A stretch of DNA of 59,809 nucleotides. Origin: an uncultured Oscillospiraceae bacterium. GTDB lineage: Bacteria; Bacillota; Clostridia; Christensenellales; CAG-314. The position numbers were made by a program, and so were the translations under genes. Where the stretch lies: assembly GCA_964506035.1 (NCBI GenBank), contig CAZDLE010000002.1, positions 1 through 59,809 on the forward strand, read 5' to 3'. This document shows positions 1 through 10,434 of this stretch, piece by piece. The first letter of the stretch is position 1; every line of letters starts with the position of its first letter. The notes under the pieces are model-generated. The model was not told where the DNA came from. It was given only the letters and a program-made list of their open reading frames with translations, and did no database searches.

Positions 1-860
1 ACTTCGAAAGGTTTAGGAAAAGAATACTACTTGCTTGTTAGCAAAACTGTCCTGCAAGTCACCTCGCAGGACAGCCAAATACAACTCTTACAAACTGTTA
101 TGTGTTGAGTAAAATTTCCTACACCCCAACATTTGACATAGCATCGAAAATAATTGAAAAAAGGCAATTGCAAGAATACAATCGCCGAAAAATAGTCATA
201 AAATTGAATTTTTGGGTCTAAAAGAAGAAGACAACTCAAGGATCGTCGCAAAATTGTGTTTTTTCGAGCCTGCAACAATACAAGTTTCAATAATGAATCT
301 CACGAATGGTATTTGATCTGCAAAAATACAAACGTCAACGGACAATTGCAAAGGTGTGGTGGGGAAACTCGAAGGAAGATAATCGCAAGAAGAAAACGTC
401 AATAGACAATTGCGAGAGCGTTACGCTGCTTGTAAGAAGTGGTTTACGAGAAGGCAATTACAAAAATGTTTCAGAGTGTGCAAAAATTAATTGCAAAAAA
501 GGACAATTTTAAGAAAATAATTACAAAACGACAACCGCAAGCGTACTTTATTTGCATCTGCAAGAAGATAGTAAAAAAAGGCAATTGCAAGAATACAATC
601 GCCGAAAAATAGTTATAGAATTGTGTTTTGGAAGAACTGCAAAAGGTAAATTGTCAATGGGCAATCGCAAAAATTAATTGCAACACAACAATCGCAAGCA
701 CGTTTTAAGCTATAAAAAATCGCAAAACGACAATTATGGAAGCAGTCTGGATTTTGCAAAATGGCAATTACGATAATATAATTGTCAAAGCATGATTACG
801 AGAAGGTATTATGACAATCACAACAATGAAATTGCAAAAAAGGCGTTTTGTGTCGATCTA
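1..860. repeat. ORF-poor region packed with short AATYGCAAR-like words, including an exact 40-bp direct repeat
   Basis: No coding-like ORF. By eye about 25 words such as caattgcaag, caatcgcaag, caattacaaa and aattgcaaaa recur every 20-45 bp. The exact 40-mer aaaaaaggcaattgcaagaatacaatcgccgaaaaatagt is at 157-196 and 574-613. The region runs off the left edge of the window. Confidence 0.6.
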
Positions 861-1442
861 TCACAGTAGTGCACTGATAACCAAGTCGCCAAGAGGGTTA
901 AAGGAACCGAACACGCCTGTCAAAATACCGCTGTTTTTCGTGCCTTCCAGCAAACCGCCTACAATTTGAGTTAAACTCACATTCACGCCACTGGATGCAA
1001 GTTGCTCGTCTAAAACGGCAAGCCACTCGTTGCCGGCGTTGGCAATGGCGTACAAAATACCATAAATTGCCCAAATAATCGCAACGTTAAACGCGCCACC
1101 AAGCAATTTGTCAAAAATCTTTAGCAGTTTCAACCGCTTGATAAGTCCCGTTATCAGCCCCTTTAGCAGGTTTAGTACAAACAGTGACGCCACAAACAAC
1201 GCGCAAAAGACAACGATGGTGCGCAAGAAAAACACCTCTGTACCACCGATAACAATGGGAGCATCTTCGATATGCGTTTTAACAAAATCCAGATTGCAAA
1301 CGGTGGGCGTAAGGAACGCTGCAATGGCTGCAGACCCAAACGTGCAGATAAGTCCAAACAGCGATCTTGCCAAACCGCTTGCCATACCCGTTAAAAAGGC
1401 AATAAGCGCAATGCCGATAAATACATATCCTTCAATATCCAT
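861..1442 (-). CDS. Integral membrane protein, possibly CvpA-like (tentative)
   Basis: 193-aa ORF with several hydrophobic helices (FIGIALIAFLTGMASGL, ICTFGSAAIAAFL, VVFCALFVASLFVLNLL, VAIIWAIYGILYAI). The family call is weak and recall-based. Confidence 0.55.
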   Translation of the reverse strand: MDIEGYVFIGIALIAFLTGMASGLARSLFGLICTFGSAAIAAFLTPTVCNLDFVKTHIEDAPIVIGGTEVFFLRTIVVFCALFVASLFVLNLLKGLITGLIKRLKLLKIFDKLLGGAFNVAIIWAIYGILYAIANAGNEWLAVLDEQLASSGVNVSLTQIVGGLLEGTKNSGILTGVFGSFNPLGDLVISALL

Positions 1443-1493
1443 ATAAGTACCTCAAAGTAGGTGTTAACACCTACAAAAGTAGGGGTTAAAGGT

Positions 1494-2402
1494 CTATTCC
1501 TCTTCCTTGCGGAACTTTTCGCTCATCCAGCTCTCTACCAATTTGCAGATGCGGTCAAGATCGTCTGCGGTAAAATAGTCAATGTAGATACGTCCCTTTG
1601 TGCCGTTGCCCATTGCGGAAACTTTTGTAGCGAAAGTGCGTTGCATGTTGCCAACAAGGTCGCGCAACTCTCTGCTTTCTTCCACCACTTTTTGCGGTTT
1701 GGTTTTGGGATTGAGATATTCGCGAACCATCTTTTCCATCTCACGAACGGTCATTTGATTGTCGCAACCTTTAAGTGCCAATTTGTATTGATCGGCGGTG
1801 GGCACAACAACCAACGTGCGCGCGTGCCCTGCGGAAAGACGTCCATTTTCGATCAGTGCGATAACGTCGTCGCTAAGCGTGAGAAGGCGCAACGTATTTG
1901 CCACTGCCGAACGGCTTTTGCCAATACGGTCGGCGGCAACTTCCTGCGTCATGTTGAACTCCGTCATCAACGTTTTGATAGCGCGAGCCGCTTCGATAGG
2001 CGAAAGATCTTCACGTTGCAGGTTTTCGATTAGTGAAATTTCCTTGATTTGTTGCGGTGTATAGTTGCGGATGATAGCAGGAATATCTTTTTTTCCGGCA
2101 AGCTTACTTGCTCTAAAACGACGTTCGCCGGCAATGATCATAAAACGCTTGCCAACAGGCGTTACAACGATGGGTTGAATAACACCGTGTATCTTGATAC
2201 TTTCCGCTAACTCTGCAAGGGCATCTTCGTCAAAATTTTTGCGTGGTTGCTCGTAGTTGGGGTCAATTTCCATAAGGGAAATGGTCACAACACCGTCTTG
2301 AGCGCCTTTTTGTTGATTTTCGTCCGCAGGAGCCACAACGTCAAAATCGTTCATGCCCATCAGCGATGCAAAACCTCTGCCTAATCCTTTGTTTACTGCC
2401 AT
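1494..2402 (-). CDS. parB: Chromosome partitioning protein ParB/Spo0J
   Basis: N-terminal GLGRGFASLMG, the ParB box IIAGERRFRASKLAG and the HTH TQEVAADRIGKSRSAVANTLRLL. It lies directly downstream of parA (6-nt gap). Confidence 0.95.
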   Translation of the reverse strand: MAVNKGLGRGFASLMGMNDFDVVAPADENQQKGAQDGVVTISLMEIDPNYEQPRKNFDEDALAELAESIKIHGVIQPIVVTPVGKRFMIIAGERRFRASKLAGKKDIPAIIRNYTPQQIKEISLIENLQREDLSPIEAARAIKTLMTEFNMTQEVAADRIGKSRSAVANTLRLLTLSDDVIALIENGRLSAGHARTLVVVPTADQYKLALKGCDNQMTVREMEKMVREYLNPKTKPQKVVEESRELRDLVGNMQRTFATKVSAMGNGTKGRIYIDYFTADDLDRICKLVESWMSEKFRKEEE

Positions 2403-2408
2403 AGTATA

Positions 2409-3173
2409 CTATTCCTCTCTTTGTAAAAATTGTTCCGTCAATGCGGAATATGCCGCTGCACCGCTGGAGTTTGGCGAGTGCAAAAAGATAGGTACGCCAA
2501 AACTGGGTGATTCCACCAAACGCACGTTGCGCGGAATGGGTACCGTGTACATCTTTGCACCAAAATACTTGTAGATTTCCGCCGTGACCTGCTTGGACAT
2601 GGTGGTGCGAGTGTCGTACATTGTCAAAACTACGCCGTTGATTGTCAAATTGGCGTTAAGGCGCATTTTGACGATTTTGATAGTATTCATCAACTGGCTG
2701 AGACCTTCCAGCGCAAAAAATTCGCTTTGGATGGGGATAACGACACTGTCACTTGCCACAAGAGCGTTCAAAGTGAGCAGTCCAAGGCTTGGTGGACAGT
2801 CGATAAACACGTAGTCGTAGTCATTTTTGATATCCGTCAAACGGGATTTTAGCACACTTTCACGCGAAGGCACCGAAACAAGGTCCACTTCCGCTGCGGC
2901 AAGGTCGATATTGCACGGCAAAATGCTCAAATTTTCCACCATGGTTTGCTGAATAACCTGTTCGGCGGTGCAATCACCCATCAAAAAGTCATAGCAGGTA
3001 AGTTCCAGTTGATTTTTCTCGATACCGTAACCGCTGGTGCTGTTACCTTGCGGATCAAAATCTATCAGCAGAACCTTTCGGCCGGCTTTTGCGACGTATG
3101 CGGAAAGGTTTATTGCCGTGGTGGTTTTACCTACGCCACCTTTTTGGTTGGAAAAACAAATAATTTTGCCCAT
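2409..3173 (-). CDS. parA: ParA/Soj chromosome partitioning ATPase
   Basis: Deviant Walker A KGGVGKTTTAINLSA. I prefer the start at ATG 3173 (MGKIICFSNQ), preceded by aaaggagatatt, over the ORF-track start at 3230. Confidence 0.95.
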   Translation of the reverse strand: MGKIICFSNQKGGVGKTTTAINLSAYVAKAGRKVLLIDFDPQGNSTSGYGIEKNQLELTCYDFLMGDCTAEQVIQQTMVENLSILPCNIDLAAAEVDLVSVPSRESVLKSRLTDIKNDYDYVFIDCPPSLGLLTLNALVASDSVVIPIQSEFFALEGLSQLMNTIKIVKMRLNANLTINGVVLTMYDTRTTMSKQVTAEIYKYFGAKMYTVPIPRNVRLVESPSFGVPIFLHSPNSSGAAAYSALTEQFLQREE

Positions 3174-4247
3174 AATATCTCCTTTGACGAAAAACAAATC
3201 GATTGTGTTAAAGTATACCATAAAACGCAAAGATTTTCAACAATATGGTAGCACAAAACAAGATAAGTGCATATTTTAACAAATATATAATAACACACTT
3301 GCAGGCAAAATTAAATACCATTTGCAAATTTTTTGACACAAAAACGCCACGCCTGCCCAGATTTTTGTTGTTTTGGCAGGAATTTTTGCTCCACCCGTGG
3401 ATTTTTGGCATATTTGATAACGCTTTGTTGAGATAGAGCATGATACTTGCGACAATGGACGTCGGCACTGTGGGTTTGCTAAAACGACCAACAAACTGTC
3501 CTAACTGCGGCAGAGGTAATCATCAATCGCCCGCTCCGTTGCATTTTGCTAATTTAGATTTTTACAAATCGAACACACGACCACAACCAATAGCGCACAA
3601 CAATCGCAGAGTGTAATCAATAACCCGCTTCCTTGCGAAAAACTAAAAATTACCACCTGCCACCATAGAAAAACGCTACACTTATTTTGACGACAAAGCA
3701 AGTAATTTTTATCTATTTTGTGGTAATAACGGCGGCAGCGGACACCGCCCTACGATACAGAAACCTATATCAACAAATAACGTCTTTTGCGTATGCAACA
3801 CGGAAGCGGAAGGCGCAAGCTATTTCCACGCGATATTGCAATTATTTCAATAATAATTTGTATATGCAACAAGGAAAAAGGGGACTGCAAGCACTTCTCT
3901 ACGGCAAAAACACTGTGATAGGAAAATTAGCCTATTGTAGGTATATACCCTGCAACGGTCGTATCGCACTACGGGTTCGGCTACACTCAGGGTGACGGGA
4001 TGTGTCATCTTCGGCAAATGTTTACTTATCTGTGGTATGTTTCCGTATTGTCCTTTCGGGTTTTATCGTATTGTTGACTTTTCTCGCAAAAACGACTTGC
4101 CACGGTGCAAAAACGGAACGAAAACGCTTTGAAAATATCTTTATGGCAGGCATATTGTCAAATTCGTGGTATATCTAAAGTAGGTATGTTACGCAAATAG
4201 TTGAGATTTTCGTCGTAAAGTGGTAAAATGTTTGCGTGAGGTACGCT

Positions 4248-5546
4248 ATGAATTCTACAATCGTTGCCCTTTCCACAGCGCGTGGTCGCAGTGCCATTGC
4301 TGTTGTGCGTATGAGTGGCGAAAACGCTATCAATATTGCAAAACAATTTTTTGCACCCTTCCCCACACAACCCAACTATTTGCGCGTGGGAACTTTGCGC
4401 ACACAACGTTTCGACGAACATGCAATGTGCGTGTATTTTTCTGCACCCCATTCCTACACGGGGGAAGACACGGTGGAATTTCACTGTCACGGCGGTACGG
4501 CGGTATCGCAGGCGGTAATCGAGCAGTGCCTAAAACACGGTGCGGTGATGGCGCAAAACGGCGAATTTAGTAAACGCGCGTTTATCAACGGCAAACAAAA
4601 CCTTACCAATGCCGAAGGTATAATCGAAATGATTGATGCAGAAACGGCATCGGCGGCAAAAGCGGGCGCAAATTTGCTGGAAAACAAACTGGGAAAACGC
4701 GTTGTTGAGTTGCAAGATAGGTTGTTGGACCTTATTTCCGCTTGCGAAGCGACCTTGGACTACCCCGAAGAAGATTTGGAACTGCCTACCACTCAAACTG
4801 TGGCAAAGGGGTTGGAGGAAATTTCCCAAACGTTAGCTAACATAATTGCCACGTCCGCCTTGGGCAAAGTTGCAAAATATGGTATCGACGTTGCCATCGT
4901 GGGCGCGCCCAACGTGGGAAAATCGTCGTTACTTAACGCGCTTTTGGGCACCGATAGGGCAATCGTCTCCGGTATCGAAGGTACCACGCGTGACGTTTTG
5001 ACGGAAAGCGCCTACTTCCGTGATATCAAATTTAACTTTATCGACACTGCAGGTCTTCGCGACACGCAAAACGAAATCGAAGCGGAAGGTATCAAGCGCG
5101 CCAAAGCCGTTGCGGAAAAAGCCGACGTCATTTTGTACGTGGTGGACAACCCCAACGACCAAACGGTTTTTGCCACCGACAAACCGCTTATAAAAATATA
5201 CAACAAGGCAGATTTGGGCGCAAAAACGCAACTTTTAGCTAACGAAATTGCCCTTTCTGCAAAAAGTGGCGAAGTGGAAGAGCTAAAACAACGGCTTTAT
5301 GATATGTTCAATGCCGGCGAAATACAAAATTCCGATTTGCTCATCACAAACGAACGACACCTTTCTTGCTTGACGCAGGCAAAAGCGCAAATTGACGTTG
5401 CGCTTGAGGAAACTCAACGTGCCACGTTGGATATCGTCACAAGTGCCATGCGTGACGGCTGGCAAACGTTGGGAGAGATTACCGGTACTAACGCTCAAGA
5501 AGATATAATTGACAGAATTTACTCAAAATTCTGCCTTGGAAAGTAA
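4248..5546 (+). CDS. mnmE: tRNA modification GTPase MnmE (TrmE)
   Basis: G-domain motifs GAPNVGKSSLLNALLG, DTAGLRD and NKADL, plus the C-terminal CLGK. ATG 4248 follows a GAGG and a TGgTAAAAT extended -10. The ORF track starts at GTG 4236. Confidence 0.95.
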   Translation: MNSTIVALSTARGRSAIAVVRMSGENAINIAKQFFAPFPTQPNYLRVGTLRTQRFDEHAMCVYFSAPHSYTGEDTVEFHCHGGTAVSQAVIEQCLKHGAVMAQNGEFSKRAFINGKQNLTNAEGIIEMIDAETASAAKAGANLLENKLGKRVVELQDRLLDLISACEATLDYPEEDLELPTTQTVAKGLEEISQTLANIIATSALGKVAKYGIDVAIVGAPNVGKSSLLNALLGTDRAIVSGIEGTTRDVLTESAYFRDIKFNFIDTAGLRDTQNEIEAEGIKRAKAVAEKADVILYVVDNPNDQTVFATDKPLIKIYNKADLGAKTQLLANEIALSAKSGEVEELKQRLYDMFNAGEIQNSDLLITNERHLSCLTQAKAQIDVALEETQRATLDIVTSAMRDGWQTLGEITGTNAQEDIIDRIYSKFCLGK

Positions 5547-5561
5547 TTTTAGAGGTAAAAA

Positions 5562-7412
5562 GTGAAAGATTTTGACGTTATTGTTGTCGGCGCAGGTCAT
5601 GCCGGTTGCGAATCGGCACTTGCTGCGGCACGTTTGGGATGTAAAACGCTTCTGTTAGCAACCAATTTAGATACGGTTGCTTTTTTGGCGTGCAATCCCA
5701 GCATAGGCGGAACTGCCAAAGGTCAAATTGTCCGCGAAATCGACGCTTTGGGTGGCGAAATGGCACTCAATGCCGACAAAAGTTTGTTGCAAATGCGTAT
5801 GCTCAACCGTGGGAAAGGTCCTGCGGTGTACTCTCCACGTGCACAAGTGGACAAAAACTTGTACCACGTCAACATGAAAAAGACGGTGGAAAACACCCCT
5901 AATTTGTATTTGCGTCAAGCGGAAGCAACCAAGGTACAAGTGGATGATAACGGTATTTTTACCGTTACAACTGCGGTAGACTTGCAATACACTGCCAAAG
6001 CGGTAATTTTGTGTTGCGGTGTGTATCTAAATTCACGCACGTTGGTGGGAAAATGCATCCGCGAAAGCGGTCCAAACGGCTTTGCCAATGCCAAAATGCT
6101 TACTCAAAGTTTGGTAGACCTTGGTTTTACCGTACGTCGATTCAAAACGGGAACGCCCGCGCGCGTTAGATTGACCTCTATCGACCTTGCAAAAACGGTG
6201 GAACAGGTTGGTGAAAGCGACGTTACGCCATTTTCCTATCTAACGGATAGTATTCCATCCACAAAACGTAGCTGTTACCTTACCTACACAACGGAACAAA
6301 CAAAACAAATAATTTTGCAAAATAAGCACCTTGCCCCCTTGTACAACGGAAGTATCAACGGTGTTGGACCACGTTACTGCCCCAGTTTGGAAGACAAAAT
6401 CGTGCGTTTTTCCGACAAAGATCGTCACCAAATCTTTTTGGAGCCGGAGTCGGAAGATACCTGCGAGTTTTACGTTCAAGGTGCATCCACAAGTATGCCT
6501 GCGGAAATTCAATCGCAAATTTACCACTCTATCGAAGGGTTGGAAAACGTGGAAATCATGCGTGATGCCTACGCAATCGAGTACGATTGTATTGATGCGA
6601 CGGAGCTGGATGCAACGTTGATGTCTAAAAACGTCAAAGGATTGTTTTTTGCCGGACAAATCAACGGTACCAGTGGCTACGAAGAGGCTGCTGCGCAAGG
6701 TTTGGTTGCAGGTATCAATGCCGAAAGATTTTTGCATGGCAAAAGTCCCGTTACCTTCCGCCGAGACAACAGCTACATTGGTGTGCTTATTGACGATATC
6801 ACCACAAAGGAAACGCTCGAACCCTACCGCATGATGACAAGTCGCGCGGAATATCGCCTTGTTTTGCGACAGGACAACGCCGATTTGCGTTTGACGGAAA
6901 TCGGGCGAGAAATTGGTCTTGTAAGCGACGAGCGTTATGCCAAGTTTTTGCGCAAAAAACAACAAATGGAGCTTTGCCAAAAACAACTAAAAACGGTTGT
7001 TTCCCCCAAGGTGTACGGCTCGTTGTTTGAAAGTAAAAACGAACCGGTTACGGGTGCCGGACTAACGCTGGACGAAATGCTCCGCCGAACGAATATCACC
7101 ATCGACGACGTAAAGTCGTTAGGATTTTTCCAAGATATAGATAACGACGCCCTTGCAGAGATTGAAATTGAGTGCAAATATCGTGGATATATCCAAAAGG
7201 AAATGGACGCAATCGCCCAAGCAAGCAAGTTAGAAAGCAAACCATTGCCCCAAGACATCGACTATGCGACCATTGATGGATTGCGTATCGAAGCCCGCCA
7301 AAAACTAAACAAAATTCGCCCACAAAACCTTGGACAAGCCGGACGTATCAGCGGTGTTTCCCCTGCAGACATCCAAATACTTATCGTCTATCTGGCACAA
7401 CACGGAAACTAA
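5562..7412 (+). CDS. mnmG: tRNA uridine 5-carboxymethylaminomethyl modification enzyme MnmG (GidA)
   Basis: FAD-binding N-terminus DVIVVGAGHAGCESALAAARLG, 616 aa, immediately after mnmE. Confidence 0.97.
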   Translation: MKDFDVIVVGAGHAGCESALAAARLGCKTLLLATNLDTVAFLACNPSIGGTAKGQIVREIDALGGEMALNADKSLLQMRMLNRGKGPAVYSPRAQVDKNLYHVNMKKTVENTPNLYLRQAEATKVQVDDNGIFTVTTAVDLQYTAKAVILCCGVYLNSRTLVGKCIRESGPNGFANAKMLTQSLVDLGFTVRRFKTGTPARVRLTSIDLAKTVEQVGESDVTPFSYLTDSIPSTKRSCYLTYTTEQTKQIILQNKHLAPLYNGSINGVGPRYCPSLEDKIVRFSDKDRHQIFLEPESEDTCEFYVQGASTSMPAEIQSQIYHSIEGLENVEIMRDAYAIEYDCIDATELDATLMSKNVKGLFFAGQINGTSGYEEAAAQGLVAGINAERFLHGKSPVTFRRDNSYIGVLIDDITTKETLEPYRMMTSRAEYRLVLRQDNADLRLTEIGREIGLVSDERYAKFLRKKQQMELCQKQLKTVVSPKVYGSLFESKNEPVTGAGLTLDEMLRRTNITIDDVKSLGFFQDIDNDALAEIEIECKYRGYIQKEMDAIAQASKLESKPLPQDIDYATIDGLRIEARQKLNKIRPQNLGQAGRISGVSPADIQILIVYLAQHGN

Positions 7413-7799
7413 AATTGCACCAAACGTACACTTTAACCCCCACTTTTGTATGCGTTAAACCCCACTTTGGTGCAAATTTGTAAAATGAGAGTATCAACGT
7501 GAGTATGTAAACGCCTTGACGAAAACGTTGTTGCCTATTTGCCGTATAGGTGTACCCAAAACGCGACGTTTGTCGTGCGGGCGATTGCCTGTTGCGCGGT
7601 AGGTTTCAAAAAGGACCTTGTGCAGTAACGCATCCTCTAACACCTTTGAGCGGGTATTTACGTTATTCGTGCGGTAATGCGCTTTCGAATATCGTTGCAA
7701 GCGGTTTGAAATTCTTACGCAAGGTTTTGAAGGCGCAAGATAATTTTAACGTTAAAATAAATAATAAAAACAGTAGTTTATTGCTACTTCAACAATAAT

Positions 7800-8477
7800 A
7801 TGAAACAATTTATTTTGCAAAACACCAATATCGAGTTGACGGAAAAAATGGTGGAACAGTTGGATTTCTACTGCGACTTTTTGCGCGCGGAAAACGAAAA
7901 GTACAATCTTACCGCCATTACCGACGTTGCCGAAGTTTGGGAAAAACACTTTGCCGATAGTATTCTCGGCGCGGTTGCAATTCCACAAAACGCAACCTTG
8001 TGCGACGTGGGTAGCGGTGCCGGATTTCCCGCCCTGCCTCTAAAAATTGCGCGTCCCGATATTCAAGTCACTTTGGTAGATAGCCTTGCAAAACGTATCA
8101 ATTTTGTTACCATGCTTTGCGAAAAAATCGGCATCGACGGTCAATTTGTCCACTCTCGTGCGGAAGATTTTGCCAAAACTCACAGCGAAAAGTTCGATGT
8201 TGCCACCGCTCGTGCCGTTGCTCCATTGCCCATTTTGTTGGAATACGTCGCGCAAATCGTAAAGGTAGGGGGAATCGTTCTTGCCTACAAAACGGACCTT
8301 GCGGAAGTGGACCAAGCAAAAAACGCGTGTAAAATTTTGGGACTAAAACTGGAAAAACACCTGGATTTTACTCTGCCAAACGGCAGTAACAGATGCTTGC
8401 TTGTGTATCGCAAGATTGCCCATACCCCCAAACTTTACCCCCGTGGACAAAACAAACCACGCAAAATGCCATTGTAG
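7800..8477 (+). CDS. rsmG: 16S rRNA (guanine527-N7)-methyltransferase RsmG (GidB)
   Basis: SAM-binding DVGSGAGFPALPLKIARPD, 225 aa, classic position after mnmG. Confidence 0.93.
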   Translation: MKQFILQNTNIELTEKMVEQLDFYCDFLRAENEKYNLTAITDVAEVWEKHFADSILGAVAIPQNATLCDVGSGAGFPALPLKIARPDIQVTLVDSLAKRINFVTMLCEKIGIDGQFVHSRAEDFAKTHSEKFDVATARAVAPLPILLEYVAQIVKVGGIVLAYKTDLAEVDQAKNACKILGLKLEKHLDFTLPNGSNRCLLVYRKIAHTPKLYPRGQNKPRKMPL

Positions 8478-8839
8478 GCGTATTTGGCGTTGTGATTTAA
8501 CAATTTATAACGGATTTGTAAAAAATCAAGCAGATAGGCAAGGACTTGTTATCAAAGGTAGATATATTGATTTGTGACAGTTTGATCGACGTCGGGAATT
8601 GCAAAAGCACGTTCTCGGGATTGATTATATCCGTATCGACTTGTCTAATCTTAAAAACTGTAAATTATCAATTCAAGCACGATGCCTTTTTGAGAGTGAA
8701 ACAAAAATACGATTTGCCACAGTTCAACCGCGGTGATTAAAACATCATATCACACCAAAAAACTCGACGTTAGAGGGTGCAACTAAGGGATTTATTTTCC
8801 CAAAAAATTAAGGTATAGTCAAATCACGGCTATACCTTT

Positions 8840-9166
8840 TTAATTTGGAATGGAAACTGAGCCAATTCCTATATATTTAATTTCGATTCTTTGACAACGC
8901 TTTCCATCAACCTTTTCTGCTTTATGAACTATAACCTTTTCTATGAAGGTGCGTATAATTTCACAATCAAGTTTTTGAATATCATAATATTTTTTAGCAA
9001 GGTCTAGAAAGTAGTTGACGTTAATTATCTTTTCACTCTCATCACCGATAGCCATATCGAGTATTCTAAAATGGTATTTTAGATATATCGGTTTTCTAAG
9101 CACGCACCGTTTTTTTATTATATCAAGTTTGCAAATTGTTACTTTGGTGATGGCGAATTTTTTCAA
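8840..9166 (-). pseudogene. C-terminal remnant of a large serine recombinase (DUF4368-like tail)
   Basis: The tail LDCEIIRTFIEKVIVHKAEKVDGKRCQRIEIKYIGIGSVSIP parallels the C-terminus of the intact recombinase at 49253-50908 ([42 protein letters not shown]). No resolvase or zinc-ribbon part lies upstream. Confidence 0.55.
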
Positions 9167-9258
9167 TTACGCTTTTTAGCCATATCGAGTATTCTAAAGT
9201 GGTATTTTAGATATATCGGGTTTCCTAAGCACGCACCGTTTTTTATTATATCAAGTTT
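9051..9258. repeat. 80-bp direct duplication (9051-9130 and 9179-9258)
   Basis: gccatatcgagtattctaaaatggtattttagatatatcggttttctaagcacgcaccgttttt...tatcaagttt is repeated with only a few mismatches. Copy 1 overlaps the 5' part of the recombinase remnant ORF. Confidence 0.85.
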
Positions 9259-9439
9259 TCAAAGTATAAACGTTTGCGCCTTTTTTGATTATGCAGAGTT
9301 TTTTTAACTATGTTTTGATTGTTGTTTAACGAGTTTTTCCACTCCGCAAACCAATTTTAGTTGCATATCGTTGCGTTTTTGTGCAAATACGGCTACTTTT
9401 CTACCGGTGGTTATCAGGCAAAATAATATTGCTTGCAAA

Positions 9440-9916
9440 TTAGTTGTAAAGGTAATCTCTAATTTTATCTGCTAATTTTTTGTTGCTTTCGTAGTCCCAC
9501 TCCCACTTTTCTTTGTCGAATTTTGCGCACGTAAATTCGTGTTGGAATATTTTATCCTTTCCGCAATTTGCGCAGCTGCAGCAAAATTCCACCACAATGC
9601 TTGCTTTTGTGTCTCCCGGCTGGTAGGTAACTCCAACAACGTGCCAAGCAACGTCGTCGTTGTAGTTGTAAACAAGGTCGCAATTGGGGCAACTGGAACG
9701 TTTTATTCTTGCCAAATTTTTGAAAAATTCCACAATGGAAAAAATAAACAAAGATATGCCAAACACCATGGGCAGATATCTCCAGTCGCTTTTGATAACC
9801 AAGTACAACACTTCGATACCCACCGCAATAATCATCGTAATTATCGACATAATTAGTTCTGCTTTCTTTGCCGATTTTACCGTTTGACGGTAAACGCCGC
9901 TGCTACACTTTTTCAT
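9440..9916 (-). CDS. Hypothetical membrane-anchored protein with Cys-rich (zinc-ribbon-like) C-terminal domain
   Basis: 158 aa, two hydrophobic helices, CPNC ... CCSCANCG cysteine pairs. GGAG lies upstream of the ATG (ggagacaaaggagaacaaATG on the minus strand). Confidence 0.6.
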   Translation of the reverse strand: MKKCSSGVYRQTVKSAKKAELIMSIITMIIAVGIEVLYLVIKSDWRYLPMVFGISLFIFSIVEFFKNLARIKRSSCPNCDLVYNYNDDVAWHVVGVTYQPGDTKASIVVEFCCSCANCGKDKIFQHEFTCAKFDKEKWEWDYESNKKLADKIRDYLYN

Positions 9917-10118
9917 TTGTTCTCCTTTGTCTCCAATGTGGACATTAACAAATTTCTATCATTATTATACTATTTTGACGTTGCCAAGTCAAGAGATTTG
10001 TGGAGAAGGTAAAATATTTGCAACGTTCTTCGACTATTGCACCCAAAATGATAAACCGCCGAGCAAGTGTAATACTTTTTTAGCATGGAGCATAAAAACG
10101 CAATCCGCCATTTCAACG

Positions 10119-10434
10119 GAAAACACCACAACTTACAACAAAAAGCAACATATCAAAAAAGCACAACGTTTTTTCGGTGACGTTCCAAATGCAATTTGCC
10201 GACGGCTTTCTTCTACGCCAAAATGATTATAACAGTTTAGACGCTTTTGGAGTGTTTTGCGAACAATACGAGTACAATAAATTTATATCAAGTTTTTTAC
10301 CCTTTACTCGTTGTATTGAAAAGACAATTTACTATTTCTCAACCATTGCACTTGAAAACACCACAACTTACAACAAAAAGCAACATATCAAACAAGCACA
10401 ACGTTTTTTCGGTGATGTTCCAAATGCAATTTGC
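10119..10434. repeat. Two copies of an 81-bp direct repeat (10119-10199, 10354-10434)
   Basis: gaaaacaccacaacttacaacaaaaagcaacatatcaaa[a/c]aagcacaacgttttttcggtga[c/t]gttccaaatgcaatttgc. The copies are 235 bp apart. This repeat creates the near-identical peptide stretch in ORFs 9927-10226 and 10177-10476. Confidence 0.85.

Noticed and set aside
1461-2033. Long antisense 'shadow' ORFs opposite real genes (also 6240-6986, 24719-25240, 28431-28949, 29291-29938, 30509-31126, 32199-32969, 32997-33662, 53100-53657, 57458-57976 and similar)
   Set aside because: Each lies fully inside a confidently assigned gene on the other strand and has odd, low-complexity, Arg/Cys/His-rich translations and no start context.
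3231-4235. oriC / DnaA-box cluster, and ORFs 3208-3468, 3276-3494, 3687-3995 and 4158-4490
   Set aside because: I found no TTATCCACA-like boxes. The ORFs lack an RBS, overlap each other in several frames and have implausible composition.
7494-7700. 68-aa minus-strand ORF in the mnmG-rsmG spacer (possible gene remnant)
   Set aside because: The sequence looks vaguely protein-like, but I cannot assign any family and there is no start signal. I leave it unannotated. The 390-nt spacer itself is worth an Rfam scan.
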